Positions 53,471-64,000 of a stretch of DNA of 64,000 nucleotides are shown piece after piece. The stretch comes from Thorsellia anophelis DSM 18579. Its GTDB lineage: Bacteria > Pseudomonadota > Gammaproteobacteria > Enterobacterales > Thorselliaceae. Within the stretch, counting starts at the first letter, position 1. Every line of letters starts with the position of its first letter. The DNA is taken from assembly GCF_900111395.1 (NCBI RefSeq), contig NZ_FOHV01000002.1, forward strand, positions 59,675 through 123,674. Direction: 5' to 3'. The position numbers and the translations under genes are program-made. The notes beneath the pieces are model-generated. The model searched no databases, had not been told where the DNA came from, and saw only the letters and a list, made by a program, of their open reading frames with translations.

Positions 53471-54856
53471 TTAAAAAGAAGATGTTAAAAATTCTGCAAC
53501 TGTATAGAATGAACCGCAGACGATAATGATATCATTTTTTTCAACTTTATTTTCTAAGTAATCATATGCTTCTTTAATCGAGTTATGAGATGTTACTGGT
53601 GCTACAAAATGCCCTGACTGTTTATACGAAGCTTGAAGGTTATTCAGCGTATCAGATAACAGCTCAGCACTAGCCCCTCTAGAAACGTTCAAAGAGATAA
53701 AATGAAAACTATCTGCTGAAGGTATTAATGCATTAAGTGTGCTTGCAATATCTTTATCTGATAACATACCAATAATAAAGTGAAATTTAATTGAGTTAGG
53801 TAGGGTTAATTTTAGTTTGTTTACTTGCTCACTCAGGTACTTTGCTGCATGTGGGTTGTGTGCGACATCTAAAATGATCTTTGCAATTGTTTTTTCTTTA
53901 TCGTCAATGCGTATTTCTTGGGTCTGTATAATTTGGAATCTACCACTGAGCGAAACCTTAGTGAGTGCATCTTTAATTTGTTTTTCAGAGATTCGTCTAT
54001 CATCAGCGCGATTTAAAAAGCCGCCAGCATATAAAGTTGCCAATGCCGTAGCTGCATTTTGTACCGGAATCTGCGGATAGGGTAGATTCAAAAGTTGTAA
54101 ATCTGTACCATGCCAATTCCAAGAATCTAAAGATTGCTTAAAATGCCAAACTTGCCCCAATTCATAAAGCGGTGCATTGATTTCGTTTGCAAAATTTATC
54201 ATGGATTGAGGAATATTAGGTTCACCTATCACAGCAGGTCTGTTTGTGCGAAATATGCCTGCTTTTTCTTTAGCTATGACTTCTCGGTTATCCCCTAACC
54301 AATCAACATGATCAATATCAATAGAGGTAATGACAGAGATATCTGCATCAACAATATTACATGAATCTAGTCTTCCTCCTAAACCAACTTCTAGGATAAC
54401 GACATCTAAACTAGCCTGTTTAAAAAGATGTAAAGCACTTAGGGTGCCAAATTCAAAATAAGTTAAAGAAGTTTCCCCTCTAGCGTTTTCAATCCAAGAA
54501 AATGATGCTGTATGTTCATGATCTGGAAGTTCTTTACCTTGAATTCTAACTCGCTCATTATATTTAATTAGATGAGGAGAGCTATAGACTCCTACTTTAA
54601 ATCCAGCTTCAAGTAAAATTAATTCTAAGGTTCTGCAAGTAGTACCTTTACCATTTGTTCCCCCTACAGTTATCACAATTGGGGCAGGTTTCAATAGAGA
54701 TAATTTATCACCAACCTTTTTTACTCTAACTAACCCCATATCAATAGATTTTGAATGTAAGTTTTCTAAGTAGGATAACCAGGTTGTAATATTATCTTTT
54801 TCGTGTGGACGATAACATTTATCATCGTGTACAGTAGGGGAAGATTGTTCTGACAT
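53471..54856 (-). CDS. folC: Bifunctional folylpolyglutamate synthase/dihydrofolate synthase
   Basis: WLSYLENLHSKSIDMGL ... VGGTNGKGTTCRTLELIL ... collinear with E. coli FolC. Start codon uncertain; the listed ORF is ~40 aa longer than E. coli. Confidence 0.88.
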   Translation of the reverse strand: MSEQSSPTVHDDKCYRPHEKDNITTWLSYLENLHSKSIDMGLVRVKKVGDKLSLLKPAPIVITVGGTNGKGTTCRTLELILLEAGFKVGVYSSPHLIKYNERVRIQGKELPDHEHTASFSWIENARGETSLTYFEFGTLSALHLFKQASLDVVILEVGLGGRLDSCNIVDADISVITSIDIDHVDWLGDNREVIAKEKAGIFRTNRPAVIGEPNIPQSMINFANEINAPLYELGQVWHFKQSLDSWNWHGTDLQLLNLPYPQIPVQNAATALATLYAGGFLNRADDRRISEKQIKDALTKVSLSGRFQIIQTQEIRIDDKEKTIAKIILDVAHNPHAAKYLSEQVNKLKLTLPNSIKFHFIIGMLSDKDIASTLNALIPSADSFHFISLNVSRGASAELLSDTLNNLQASYKQSGHFVAPVTSHNSIKEAYDYLENKVEKNDIIIVCGSFYTVAEFLTSSF

Positions 54857-54970
54857 AGGCTCACATTATTCTAAGGGAAATGAATCAGACTTGTTATATA
54901 ATCACTTAAACAAATAAAGGCACCTTATTAAATAATACGGTGCCTTTATGAAAATTGCATTTTGCGCTAC

Positions 54971-55897
54971 TTAAGCCTTTTTAGGTGTTGAGGAATCTTC
55001 TTCAACTTCATGCGCAGAGTGTTCAATAAAGGCCTCTGGCTCAGGCTCTGGTTTATTCATTAATTTTGCAAGAATATTTGCAATACGCTCACGCATTTCT
55101 GTTCTGCGAATTATCATATCAATTGCACCTTTTTCGATTAAGAATTCGCTACGTTGAAATCCTGATGGTAATGTTTCTCTAACAGTTTGTTCTATAACGC
55201 GAGGACCTGCAAATCCAATTAATGCATTAGGCTCAGCAATATTTAAATCACCTAACATCGCAAGGCTAGCAGATACACCACCCATAGTGGGATCAGTCAT
55301 TATTGAAATATATGGCAAGCCACGTTCACGTAATTTCGCTAATGCTGCACTTGTTTTAGCCATTTGCATTAAGGATAAAAGCGCTTCTTGCATTCTAGCG
55401 CCCCCACTTGCTGAAAAGCAGACAAAAGGGCAGTTATCTGCTAGAGCTTGCTCTACGCCTTTAACAAACCTAGCCCCTACAACAGATGCCATTGAGCCCC
55501 CCATAAATGAAAATTCAAATGCCGCTGCAACAATAGGCATTTGTGCTAATTCGCCTTTCATAACAATTAATGCATCTTTTTCACCAGTGGCTTTTTGCGC
55601 TGCAACTATGCGGTCTTTATATTTTTTTGTATCTCTAAATTTTAGAGCATCCTTAGGTTCAAGTTCTGCACCAATCTCTATGGCAGTGTTTTTATCCAAG
55701 AACTTAAGTAGTCTAGCCCTTGCATGAATTCTCATGTGATTGTCACATTTGGGGCATACTTCTAAATTTCGAATGAGTTCAGGACGAAACAGGGTTTGGT
55801 CGCACTGTGAGCATTTAGTCCAAGTGCCTTCAGGAATGTTTGCTTTTCCTGTTGCTGAAATTGTTGGTTTGTTAAATATTCTCTCGAGCCAGCTCAT
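54971..55897 (-). CDS. accD: Acetyl-CoA carboxylase carboxyltransferase beta subunit
   Basis: N-terminal C4 zinc finger (CSQCDQTLF...CPKCDNH). Carboxyltransferase domain. Near-identical to E. coli AccD. Confidence 0.95.
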   Translation of the reverse strand: MSWLERIFNKPTISATGKANIPEGTWTKCSQCDQTLFRPELIRNLEVCPKCDNHMRIHARARLLKFLDKNTAIEIGAELEPKDALKFRDTKKYKDRIVAAQKATGEKDALIVMKGELAQMPIVAAAFEFSFMGGSMASVVGARFVKGVEQALADNCPFVCFSASGGARMQEALLSLMQMAKTSAALAKLRERGLPYISIMTDPTMGGVSASLAMLGDLNIAEPNALIGFAGPRVIEQTVRETLPSGFQRSEFLIEKGAIDMIIRRTEMRERIANILAKLMNKPEPEPEAFIEHSAHEVEEDSSTPKKA

Positions 55898-56164
55898 CGT
55901 TATAGCCTATAAATTAAAGGGTTAGTAGTTTTATTGAAACCATTCTTTTTATGAATGATCTTTTCATTATATTTAATAATATCTAATGCAAGCGACTTTT
56001 CGCTCATAAGTATATTTTACCGTATTATACACGAACCTTAGTTGATTGTCGGTAATCAAAATGAATCGACGATAAAATTAGTTCAAACATAGGTATTGAT
56101 AACTATATTGTACCGATTAATCAATTAGATTAAAGCATAGATTTTCGTGGTTGTATATTTTTTG

Positions 56165-56209
56165 ATAAAAAAAATGAGTTATCTGCCTAATTCTAGGAGA
56201 TAACTCATT
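56165..56209 (-). terminator. Rho-independent terminator after dedA
   Basis: Minus strand: AATGAGTTATCT cctagaattaggc AGATAACTCATT followed by T8. Begins 5 nt after the dedA stop. Confidence 0.7.
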
Positions 56210-56213
56210 TTTA

Positions 56214-56876
56214 TTAATTACTGTTCGATTTTTTGTATTTTCTTCTTTCTTTTATGAATTCAATTATCCCTGGTAGAATTGAAATGAAAATTATAGCAAC
56301 TATCAAAAGCTTTAGGTTGTTTTGAACAAATTCTGTTTGACCAAAGAAATAACCAGCGTAGCTAAAGCTGCAGACCCATAGAATCGCGCCAGATACATTA
56401 TACATTGCAAATTGACGATAGTTCATGCTTCCCATACCTGCAACAAATGGGGCAAACGTGCGAACTATAGGTACAAATCTTGCTATGATAATGGTTTTAC
56501 CACCATATTTTTCATAAAAAGCATGAGTTTTATCTAAATGACTAGGTTTAAAAAACTTTGCGTTAGGATTGCTGAATAATTTTCGTCCAAAATATTTGCC
56601 AATCGTATAATTCACCGCATCCCCTAGAATTGCAGCAACCAGAAGTAGTGCCACGATTATATGGACATTAATTGGTGTTTCAGGCAAAGATGCAAATGCG
56701 CCAGCAACAAAAAGGAGTGAATCACCAGGTAAAAATGGTGTCACAACTAAGCCTGTTTCACAAAACACAATCAAAAATAAAATGGCGTAAACCCAAATGC
56801 CATATTCAGCAATAAGAGTTTGTAAGTGAACATCTATATGAAGAATAAAATCTACTAGAGCTAAGATATAATCCAT
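56214..56876 (-). CDS. dedA: DedA-family inner membrane protein
   Basis: 220 aa, multi-TM. DedA/SNARE-associated signature GYFFGQ-like region. Canonical position upstream of accD. Confidence 0.82.
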   Translation of the reverse strand: MDYILALVDFILHIDVHLQTLIAEYGIWVYAILFLIVFCETGLVVTPFLPGDSLLFVAGAFASLPETPINVHIIVALLLVAAILGDAVNYTIGKYFGRKLFSNPNAKFFKPSHLDKTHAFYEKYGGKTIIIARFVPIVRTFAPFVAGMGSMNYRQFAMYNVSGAILWVCSFSYAGYFFGQTEFVQNNLKLLIVAIIFISILPGIIEFIKERRKYKKSNSN

Positions 56877-57091
56877 TAAAAATCCTTAAATTAAATAAAC
56901 GACTAAGTTTATGTGTGTTAACTATCATGCTTTTATCGAAGTTTAGTAGGATTTAACATAAAAAAGCAAGTTAATAGCGGATGTTTGAGTGATTAATTAT
57001 TTTTTTGATATTTTTACATGGTTTAATCAATAGGGTATGATTTGGTAGCAACTAATCGGTATGCTGTTGAATAGTTGCTGGCTTGATTAAT

Positions 57092-57472
57092 TTAGCGTGC
57101 TTGAATAATGGCAAAATAATTATTTTCAGGATCAGCAAAGTTGAATACTTGTTGACCTGTCGGGAGAGTCATTAATTCACCAACAGTAATTTTTTTGGAT
57201 TTAAACTGTTTATATAATGTATCGATATCTTGAGTTGTAGATAAGAGTATCGACGGCGTACCCAGATTCAGCTCAGGTTGATAGCGAGCAATTAAATTTT
57301 TATCGTGTAGAACAATTTCAGTTCCATTTTCTCGACCATCACTGATAACAATGATTGGTACCCCTGAATCATTATTGTTCTGTTTTATAACAAAATTTAA
57401 ATGTTCAACCCAGAATTGAGCGATTTTTTCTTGGTTTTCAACATAAAGCATAATTTGATGAAATTTAATCAT
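57092..57472 (-). CDS. VOC/glyoxalase-bleomycin resistance family protein
   Basis: 126 aa. Paired beta-alpha-beta-beta-beta module pattern typical of VOC proteins. No specific subfamily assignable. Confidence 0.45.
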   Translation of the reverse strand: MIKFHQIMLYVENQEKIAQFWVEHLNFVIKQNNNDSGVPIIVISDGRENGTEIVLHDKNLIARYQPELNLGTPSILLSTTQDIDTLYKQFKSKKITVGELMTLPTGQQVFNFADPENNYFAIIQAR

Positions 57473-57761
57473 TTTCGTTAATTTCCATGAATAGATATTG
57501 TGTTTATAAAAAAGCCTAATATTTCGATTGATTATGGCTGAATGTATCTAAATTTGATTTAACCATATCAGCTAATATTTTGCCCGATATAGACAATTAC
57601 AGAAGATTATCAGAGTAGTCAAAAGAAGTATATTCATGAATGAGTTTATTATTAGCTTCCATTTTCTTGTTTTTAATAAAAACAAAAAAATGAAAGCTAT
57701 ATGAGATAATTTTCGCAACATAAATTTAGAGCTTACTATTTGTATATTAAGGTTTTTTATG

Positions 57762-59492
57762 TTAAGCAGATCTTGATGAGATTGCGTTTAAATGCACACC
57801 AATATAGCGTTCATATCGTGCAGGCTTTAATTTACTCAGATCTACTAAAACTAATCCATCTATACTATTATTAAAATCAGGGTCAGTGCCAAAATCAATA
57901 AATTTAACCCCGCCTGGTTCACATAATTCAGTATATTGCTTATATAGCGTTGGAATAGCACAACCCAAATTAGTTAACATACTTTTTAAGCATGTGAAAT
58001 CTGCTTGATAATCATCGCCTTTAAATTGGGCGAGGACATCAGGTAATGATGCAGGATAGGGATTGCGTGAAGTTGCTAATAGGTCAAGGTCAGGAAAATA
58101 TAGCCGATAAAATGCAATCATTAAATCTCTCGCAGCCAAGGGCAGGGTACCTGACATTGACACTGGTCCAAAAAGGTAACGATAATGTGGATAGTGTGCG
58201 ATAAATGCACCAATGCCTAGCCAAAGGTAGTCTAATCCACGTCTCCCCCAATATTTTGGTTGAATGAAGCTTCTCCCAAGCTCTATGCCATGCTGTAAAT
58301 AAGGCATCATACGCTCTTCATAATTAAAAAGCGTATGGCTATAAATAGATTCAATCCCTTTTTCGATAATCGATTCACCCGTAGGCAAAAAGCGATACGC
58401 GCCGACAATTTCTAATTCTTGATGGTCCCATAAAATAAGCTGGTAGTAGTAATCATCATAGATATCTAAATCGCGTCTTTTTCCAGTACCCTCTCCAACT
58501 GCACGAAAAGCAATTTCTCTAAGGCGACCAAGTTCCCTAAGTACAGGGCTATTGTCGCTATCTTTACGCTGATAAAGATAGATAGATTTGCCATCAGGAG
58601 TTTGTCCAAGGCATTCGGATTGTTCAATTTGTTTTTTCAGTAAGATTCTATCTTCAGCTAAGGCAATAGGGGCTTCACAATGAAACAATCCAGGTTTGGA
58701 ATGTCCAAGACGATAAACATGTTTTCTAAATTTTTTTGCTAACTCATTGATATCAATTTTGTTGTCGTGCCAGTTATGGAAAGGAATACTTTGGCCAACT
58801 TTGATTTTTACAGTTTTATTTTTTTGTTCAAACATTTCTCTAATCAATAATAAAGATGAAAGCGGTTTGTAACAAATTGAGGTTGTATAAAAAAGCGGAC
58901 TATTTCTAGCTTTGACATGGATTGGAACGATAGGAGCTCTAGATTTTGCTGCAAGCTTAATAAAGCCAGTGTACCACTTCCCATCACGCACACCGCTAAC
59001 ATTTAATCGTGAAACCTCTCCTGCTGGAAAAAATAATAAGGCACCTTGGTTTGTTAGGTGTTGATGCATAGATTTAATTTGTTGTCTATGTGTGTTTTTC
59101 CCTACATTATCAACAGGAATGAATAAATTGCTAATCGGTTTGAGATTAGAGAGAAGTTGGTTAGCAACTACTTTAATATCCGGTCTCACTTTAGCGATTA
59201 ATTTGATCAATAACAAACCATCTAAAGAACCAATTGGATGATTAGCAACAAGAACTAATGGACCATTTGAGGGAATGTTTTCCAGTTCATCAATATCATA
59301 CAAACAATTAATTTTGAAATATTCTATAATTTGTTCGACACACTCTAGTCCTCTTAAGTGAGGGTAAGCTTCAGCAAAGTCTTGAAACTCTTTTTCATAC
59401 ACAAATTTTTGCAGTGCTTTGCGTTTGAGTGATGCAAAAGGACTATCATTAAAGTTGCTCGGAAGTACATCGTTAATATTAAACATAAGCAA
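57762..59492 (-). CDS. Bifunctional acyltransferase, OlsF-like (N-terminal PlsC-type O-acyltransferase plus C-terminal OlsB/GNAT-type N-acyltransferase); candidate ornithine/aminolipid synthase
   Basis: N-terminal acyltransferase motif VLVANHPIGSLDGLLL and PAGEVSR-like block. C-terminal ~280 aa resembles the OlsB/hemolysin-like N-acyltransferase fold. Length 576 aa matches OlsF-type fusions. Confidence 0.55.
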   Translation of the reverse strand: MLMFNINDVLPSNFNDSPFASLKRKALQKFVYEKEFQDFAEAYPHLRGLECVEQIIEYFKINCLYDIDELENIPSNGPLVLVANHPIGSLDGLLLIKLIAKVRPDIKVVANQLLSNLKPISNLFIPVDNVGKNTHRQQIKSMHQHLTNQGALLFFPAGEVSRLNVSGVRDGKWYTGFIKLAAKSRAPIVPIHVKARNSPLFYTTSICYKPLSSLLLIREMFEQKNKTVKIKVGQSIPFHNWHDNKIDINELAKKFRKHVYRLGHSKPGLFHCEAPIALAEDRILLKKQIEQSECLGQTPDGKSIYLYQRKDSDNSPVLRELGRLREIAFRAVGEGTGKRRDLDIYDDYYYQLILWDHQELEIVGAYRFLPTGESIIEKGIESIYSHTLFNYEERMMPYLQHGIELGRSFIQPKYWGRRGLDYLWLGIGAFIAHYPHYRYLFGPVSMSGTLPLAARDLMIAFYRLYFPDLDLLATSRNPYPASLPDVLAQFKGDDYQADFTCLKSMLTNLGCAIPTLYKQYTELCEPGGVKFIDFGTDPDFNNSIDGLVLVDLSKLKPARYERYIGVHLNAISSRSA

Positions 59493-59903
59493 TTCTCCTT
59501 AATACAGTTTATTAACCTATCTCAGATATTCTCATATTGAGATGACAGTTAAATGACCGAATATACAATTAAACTAGCATAAACGGTATTAGGTTAACCT
59601 TAACAAACACAGACTTAAAAAAAAATCACTTAATTAACTAACAAAAATAGTTAGCTAGTTTTTTTTGAAATGTTTAAGTTTGATTTTTTTTGGTGTAAGT
59701 AGCTTATTGTAAATGAAAAAATAAATATAGTGTTGGTTAAGAGAGTATTAAATACTGATCTTCAAGGGGATAAAAAATGATGCTTTTTTTATGATGAAAG
59801 TGTTTTTTTTTCTCTTTATTTATGCCTTTTTACGAATCATAATCATGTTAAAAAGGCATAGATTAAAAGAGGTAGAAGAGTGAAAACAAATCACTACAAG
59901 AGG

Positions 59904-60740
59904 TTATGCTGTCGGAAGATTACTCAAAAATAAAGGACCGTCATCGAATTTTGGTAGATTAAAATGGTCTGGATAGTTTACATGGACTAAATATAAGCCA
60001 TTCGGCTTAGCGGTAGCAGCAGCAATTTGACGATTTTTTAGAGTGAGTAGCTCAGCTATCCACTTTTCCGGTTTTGCTTTAATACCTACTTGTATTAAGC
60101 TACCTGCAATATTTCTTACCATATGGTGTAAAAAAGCATTTGCCTGAACTTCAATAACAACATAAGCCCCAATCCGTTTAACCGAAATATACTCTAAATT
60201 TCTCCATGGGCTGTGAGATTGGCAAGCTAAAGCTCTAAAACTGGTAAAATCATGTTCTCCAACTAAACTTTGTGCAGCCCTGTGCATAGCCATTTCATCT
60301 AGTGGCTCAAAACACTGAGTTAACCCACTTTGTAATATTGCAGGTCTTAGCCTGTGGTTATAAATCACATAGCGGTATCGACGTGATTGAGCTGAAAATC
60401 GCGCATGGAAATCTTGTGCTATAGGCATGGCAAATTTTACTGCGATATCTGGCGGTAGTTGACTATTGACACCTAAGGTCCAAGCGCCTTGTGCCCTTTG
60501 AACATGAGTTTTGAAATGAACAATTTGGCAAGTTGCATGAACACCTGCATCAGTTCGACCTGCACATTGGACCTCGATTACTTCATTGGCAATGTGACTG
60601 AGTGCTTTTTCCAGTTCACCTTGCACAGTTACTGCATGATGTTGTCTTTGCCAGCCGGCATAACGAGAGCCATCATATTCAATTCCCATTGCATAATTTA
60701 ATAAGGGAAGCTCATTATTGTTATTTAAAGAGGGTTGCAT
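59904..60740 (-). CDS. truA: tRNA pseudouridine(38-40) synthase
   Basis: Collinear with E. coli TruA. Catalytic-Asp context [11 protein letters not shown]. Confidence 0.92.
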   Translation of the reverse strand: MQPSLNNNNELPLLNYAMGIEYDGSRYAGWQRQHHAVTVQGELEKALSHIANEVIEVQCAGRTDAGVHATCQIVHFKTHVQRAQGAWTLGVNSQLPPDIAVKFAMPIAQDFHARFSAQSRRYRYVIYNHRLRPAILQSGLTQCFEPLDEMAMHRAAQSLVGEHDFTSFRALACQSHSPWRNLEYISVKRIGAYVVIEVQANAFLHHMVRNIAGSLIQVGIKAKPEKWIAELLTLKNRQIAAATAKPNGLYLVHVNYPDHFNLPKFDDGPLFLSNLPTA

Positions 60741-60847
60741 AATTAATGTTATGATTTTTTTAAAGTAATTTTATGTGTGATTAGTCAGTATAAAGCAGTA
60801 CGGCGACTGTTAACAAGTCGCCGTATCAGAGATGAATCTATTTTAAC

Positions 60848-61759
60848 TTATATTTGCGGCCAAAGCCATGCTGCACCACGAACACCACTCGAATCACCAT
60901 GAACAGCTTTTAGAATTGGGGTTGAGCACTCACCACCAAATACCCAAGGTAGAATTAATGAAGGAAGTGAATCATAGAGTTTATCTACATTACTCATCCC
61001 TCCCCCAAGGACAAATACGTCTGGGTCAAGTTGGTTTGTGACCTGAGCAATTGCTTTAGCTAAACGAACCTGATAATTATCAAAAGCTTTAATTGCAATA
61101 GGATCGCCATTTGTTGCTTTTTCCATTATGATTCGACCGTTAACTCTTGGGCCTTTAGAAAGCCTTTGATAATCATTCATGAAACCAGTGCCTGATACAA
61201 ATGTTTCTAAGCAACCGCGTTTTTGGCAATAACATAACACATCTTCACTATAAGATTTATCTTCAGGCGTCATCCAAGGCAGAGGATTATGTCCCCACTC
61301 ACCTGCATTACCATTTGCGCCTGCATGGACTCGCCCATCAATCGCAATACCAGCACCACACCCAGTCCCAATGATGATTGCAAATACGGTTCTTTTGCCT
61401 TTTCCAGCTCCATCTGTTGCTTCTGATACGGCAAGGCAGTTTGCATCATTTGCGACTCTCACTTCGCGATTAAGGAGTTTTGATAAGTCAGTATCGATTT
61501 TTTGACCATTTAACCAGGTTGAATTCGCATTTTTAACCTTCCCCGTAAAAGGCGATATCGTGCCAGGCATGCCAAGACCAACTGTCCCTGTTTGCTTAGT
61601 TTCTTGCTCTGTTAAATTTACTAAATAGACTAACGCTTCTAATGTTTTTTGATATTCACCTTGCGGAGAGTCAATTCTATGGCGAAAAATTTCTTTTCCA
61701 TCGTCCGCTAAAGCAATAACTTCAGCTTTTGTACCGCCTAAATCAATTCCGATACGCAT
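60848..61759 (-). CDS. mak: ROK-family fructokinase (Mak/manno(fructo)kinase)
   Basis: [11 protein letters not shown] ... near-identical across its length to E. coli Mak ([35 protein letters not shown]-x-C-x-x-GC zinc motif, [15 protein letters not shown]). Confidence 0.88.
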   Translation of the reverse strand: MRIGIDLGGTKAEVIALADDGKEIFRHRIDSPQGEYQKTLEALVYLVNLTEQETKQTGTVGLGMPGTISPFTGKVKNANSTWLNGQKIDTDLSKLLNREVRVANDANCLAVSEATDGAGKGKRTVFAIIIGTGCGAGIAIDGRVHAGANGNAGEWGHNPLPWMTPEDKSYSEDVLCYCQKRGCLETFVSGTGFMNDYQRLSKGPRVNGRIIMEKATNGDPIAIKAFDNYQVRLAKAIAQVTNQLDPDVFVLGGGMSNVDKLYDSLPSLILPWVFGGECSTPILKAVHGDSSGVRGAAWLWPQI

Positions 61760-61855
61760 ATCAATTCCTCTTATTAATAAGTTTACTATAATGGATTTAA
61801 ATCTGAGCTAGCATAAGTGCCTTTTAAATGATTTTATTTGGTTAACTTACTGTGT

Positions 61856-63385
61856 TTAATATTGCCATAGTGTTACAGATGTTTTATGGCCTTGCCAAAT
61901 AATGGCATTATTGTTAACAGCAGAAAAATGCCTTAAGCTAGCGGCTGCCTCTCCATGATTAAAAAATACCTCAAGAGACGAAGTATCCCCAAATAACTGA
62001 ATGTGAGTCAATGGTTTACTTAGTTTGTAACAACGTGTTGTACCGTACTTAGTTGCAAATGCAATTCCTGCAAATTCCCTATCAATGGTGACCTGTCGCG
62101 CCATCGAATCATATCGGACGGTTAATTTTTCGATAGCGGAATCTTTATTGTTTAAAAGTAATGGGTCACTTGCAAATAATGCTAACTCAAAATTATCAAA
62201 GGTTGAGTCATCTGATAAGATTAATTCAAAATGGGCACTGCGTCCAATAATACTTTTATCATCTGCATACCCTTTAAAAATGACTTCTTTTCTCAGGTTT
62301 TGTAATTCTTTGACTGGATGCTGAAAAATCTTTCCATCAATTAAAGTCAGTTCTCTAGGTAAGGTTAGACAATGCGCCCATCCATCTTTATCGCTTGGAT
62401 ACTCAATCTCTGGTAATCCCATCCATGCTATCATGATACGTCTACCATCAGGAGTCATGGTTGTTTGAGGGGCATAGAAATCAAAGCCAAAATCAAGCTC
62501 ATGAAATTCTCCATGAGAAAATGTGAGATTAGGTAAATTAAGCTCTGGACCCACAATATAGCCGGATTGATAAATATTTTGGAATTTATCATCAGTAGGG
62601 TTTAATCCTTGAGGTGAAAAAATAAAGACACCGAATGATTCATTTTCTTCAGTTAAACAAAAATAATCAGGACATTCCCACATATAACCAAATTGCGTTA
62701 ACTGTGTGTTTATTTCCCCTATAAATTGCCAATCTTTACCATTTAGGGAGCGATAGATAACACCGGTCCCTTTTAGATCGCATTTTCTTTGGGCGCCAAT
62801 AATGGCATAAAAGAGTTCCCCTTCTTGCCAAACTTTTGGATCACGAAAATGTTCAGTATATTCTGGAGGAATCGATTCAATCGCATCATTAACGGTTTCA
62901 ATCAGACCGTTTGGCATCAGTTTTGCAATTACCTGCGAACAACTGCGCTTCCAGTTTTTATCACGCCTATTAGCAGTATAAAAAACGTGTAGCGAATCGT
63001 TGAGAATAAAACCACTACCTGAATAGGCACCATGAGAATTAATATGACCATCAGGAATTAAAGCAACACCACAATCTTCCCAGCTAACTAAATCCTTTGA
63101 TTTTACGTGGTACCAATGCTTTAAACCATGTACAGGCCCTAAAGGAAACCATTGATAGAACAAGTGATACTCACCATTAAAATAACAAAAACCATTTGGG
63201 TCATTCAATAAGCCACACGGTGGCTGGATATGGTATGTTAATCTAAAAGGTGCATGAGCGACTTTTGATTTTAATGTCTCTAATGAATACGCGCTGACTT
63301 CATGCAAAGAGGTATAACGTTTTTCCCTATCCCATTCGGATGTTTCAATAGAAAGTAAAGATGCTAGCATAGTTTCTTTGTCCAT
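61856..63385 (-). CDS. scrB: Sucrose-6-phosphate hydrolase (GH32 beta-fructofuranosidase)
   Basis: GH32 catalytic motifs LLNDPNG, FRDP, WECPD. Lies immediately downstream of a sucrose PTS EIIBC gene. Confidence 0.88.
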   Translation of the reverse strand: MDKETMLASLLSIETSEWDREKRYTSLHEVSAYSLETLKSKVAHAPFRLTYHIQPPCGLLNDPNGFCYFNGEYHLFYQWFPLGPVHGLKHWYHVKSKDLVSWEDCGVALIPDGHINSHGAYSGSGFILNDSLHVFYTANRRDKNWKRSCSQVIAKLMPNGLIETVNDAIESIPPEYTEHFRDPKVWQEGELFYAIIGAQRKCDLKGTGVIYRSLNGKDWQFIGEINTQLTQFGYMWECPDYFCLTEENESFGVFIFSPQGLNPTDDKFQNIYQSGYIVGPELNLPNLTFSHGEFHELDFGFDFYAPQTTMTPDGRRIMIAWMGLPEIEYPSDKDGWAHCLTLPRELTLIDGKIFQHPVKELQNLRKEVIFKGYADDKSIIGRSAHFELILSDDSTFDNFELALFASDPLLLNNKDSAIEKLTVRYDSMARQVTIDREFAGIAFATKYGTTRCYKLSKPLTHIQLFGDTSSLEVFFNHGEAAASLRHFSAVNNNAIIWQGHKTSVTLWQY

Positions 63386-64000
63386 TACATAGCCTCTTTT
63401 TGAGCTTGTCTTTTGGCTAAAATAAATGTCATGCTAAAGGCAATAGTAAAAGCAATCGCCATGCCAATAATATAAGAAAAGAGTGATTTGGGTGCAATAG
63501 AGATGATCCCAGGTAAACCCGCTGCTCCTAAGGCGATTGCAAGTACATCTTGATAAGCAATAAAAGCAGAAGCAAAACCTGATCCTAAAATTGCCGCATA
63601 AAATGGATAACGTAGTTTAAGATTTACCCCAAACATAGCGGGTTCAGTTATGCCTAATAATGCAGAGAAACCTGAAGCTGAAGCAACACCTTTCATTTTT
63701 GCATCTTTGATAATAAAGAATGCTGCTAGAGCTGCTGCTCCTTGTGCAACGTTAGACATAGCTGCAATAGGGAAAATAAAGGAGCCACCAGTTTCCCCCA
63801 TGTTAGCTAATAATTGCGTTTCAAGAGCAATAAAGCTATGGTGCATACCAGTAATGACAATTGGGGCATAGAAGAATCCAAATAAAAATCCTCCTAAAAC
63901 ACCTAAAGAATTGAATAACCACAAAATACCAAACATAATCCATTCACCTAATTCACGGGTTATTGGACCTAAAGCAATAAAAGTTAAAATTGAGGTAACT
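63385..64000 (-). CDS. scrA: PTS sucrose-specific EIIBC component, C-terminal part (gene continues beyond window end)
   Basis: Polytopic EIIC-like C-terminal region ending directly at the scrB start (overlap). The frame is open to the window edge. Confidence 0.75.
   Translation of the reverse strand, partial: VTSILTFIALGPITRELGEWIMFGILWLFNSLGVLGGFLFGFFYAPIVITGMHHSFIALETQLLANMGETGGSFIFPIAAMSNVAQGAAALAAFFIIKDAKMKGVASASGFSALLGITEPAMFGVNLKLRYPFYAAILGSGFASAFIAYQDVLAIALGAAGLPGIISIAPKSLFSYIIGMAIAFTIAFSMTFILAKRQAQKEAM

Noticed and set aside
59493-59903. Possible sRNA/terminator pair between olsF-like gene and truA (TAACTA-N7-TAGTTA hairpin flanked by A9/T8 tracts on both strands; ATGCCTTTTT-N18-AAAAAGGCAT)
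   Set aside because: Hairpins are plausible bidirectional terminators but are not distinctive enough to call an sRNA. Noted only as ordinary intergenic structure.

Overview
This is a low-GC (~38%) gammaproteobacterial chromosome segment with Enterobacterales/Vibrionales-like synteny. Most of it is recognisable core housekeeping sequence, interrupted by two accessory insertions.

Core blocks:
- rpsB-tsf-pyrH-frr-dxr-uppS-cdsA-rseP-bamA-skp-lpxD-fabZ-lpxA-lpxB.
- ffh-rpsP-rimM-trmD-rplS.
- dnaQ/rnhA-mioC-psd.
- purF-cvpA-dedD-folC-accD-dedA ... truA.
- No rRNA, canonical tRNA or CRISPR was found.

First accessory region (~29.4-37 kb):
- An RNA-repair module: rtcR (CARF plus sigma54 enhancer-binding protein) is divergent from a sigma54 promoter.
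- That promoter drives a ~420-nt structured leader carrying a tRNA-like T-arm motif, then an SPFH/band-7 protein, then rtcB.
- There is no rtcA and no rsr.
- Downstream lie a 70-bp x4 tandem repeat array and a frameshifted Fic gene.

Second accessory region (~7 kb, between psd and purF):
- It consists almost entirely of a single 1718-aa ORF with no recognisable catalytic motif; it may be a DUF4132/MolR-like helical protein.
- It is flanked by a possible IS remnant and a 125-aa orphan ORF.

Other notable features:
- wecF-wzyE-wecG (ECA genes) sit directly after lpxB.
- An OlsF-like bifunctional acyltransferase lies between truA and dedA.
- A sucrose PTS-hydrolase-fructokinase module (scrA-scrB-mak) is at the 3' end.
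- Several clean intrinsic terminators are present.
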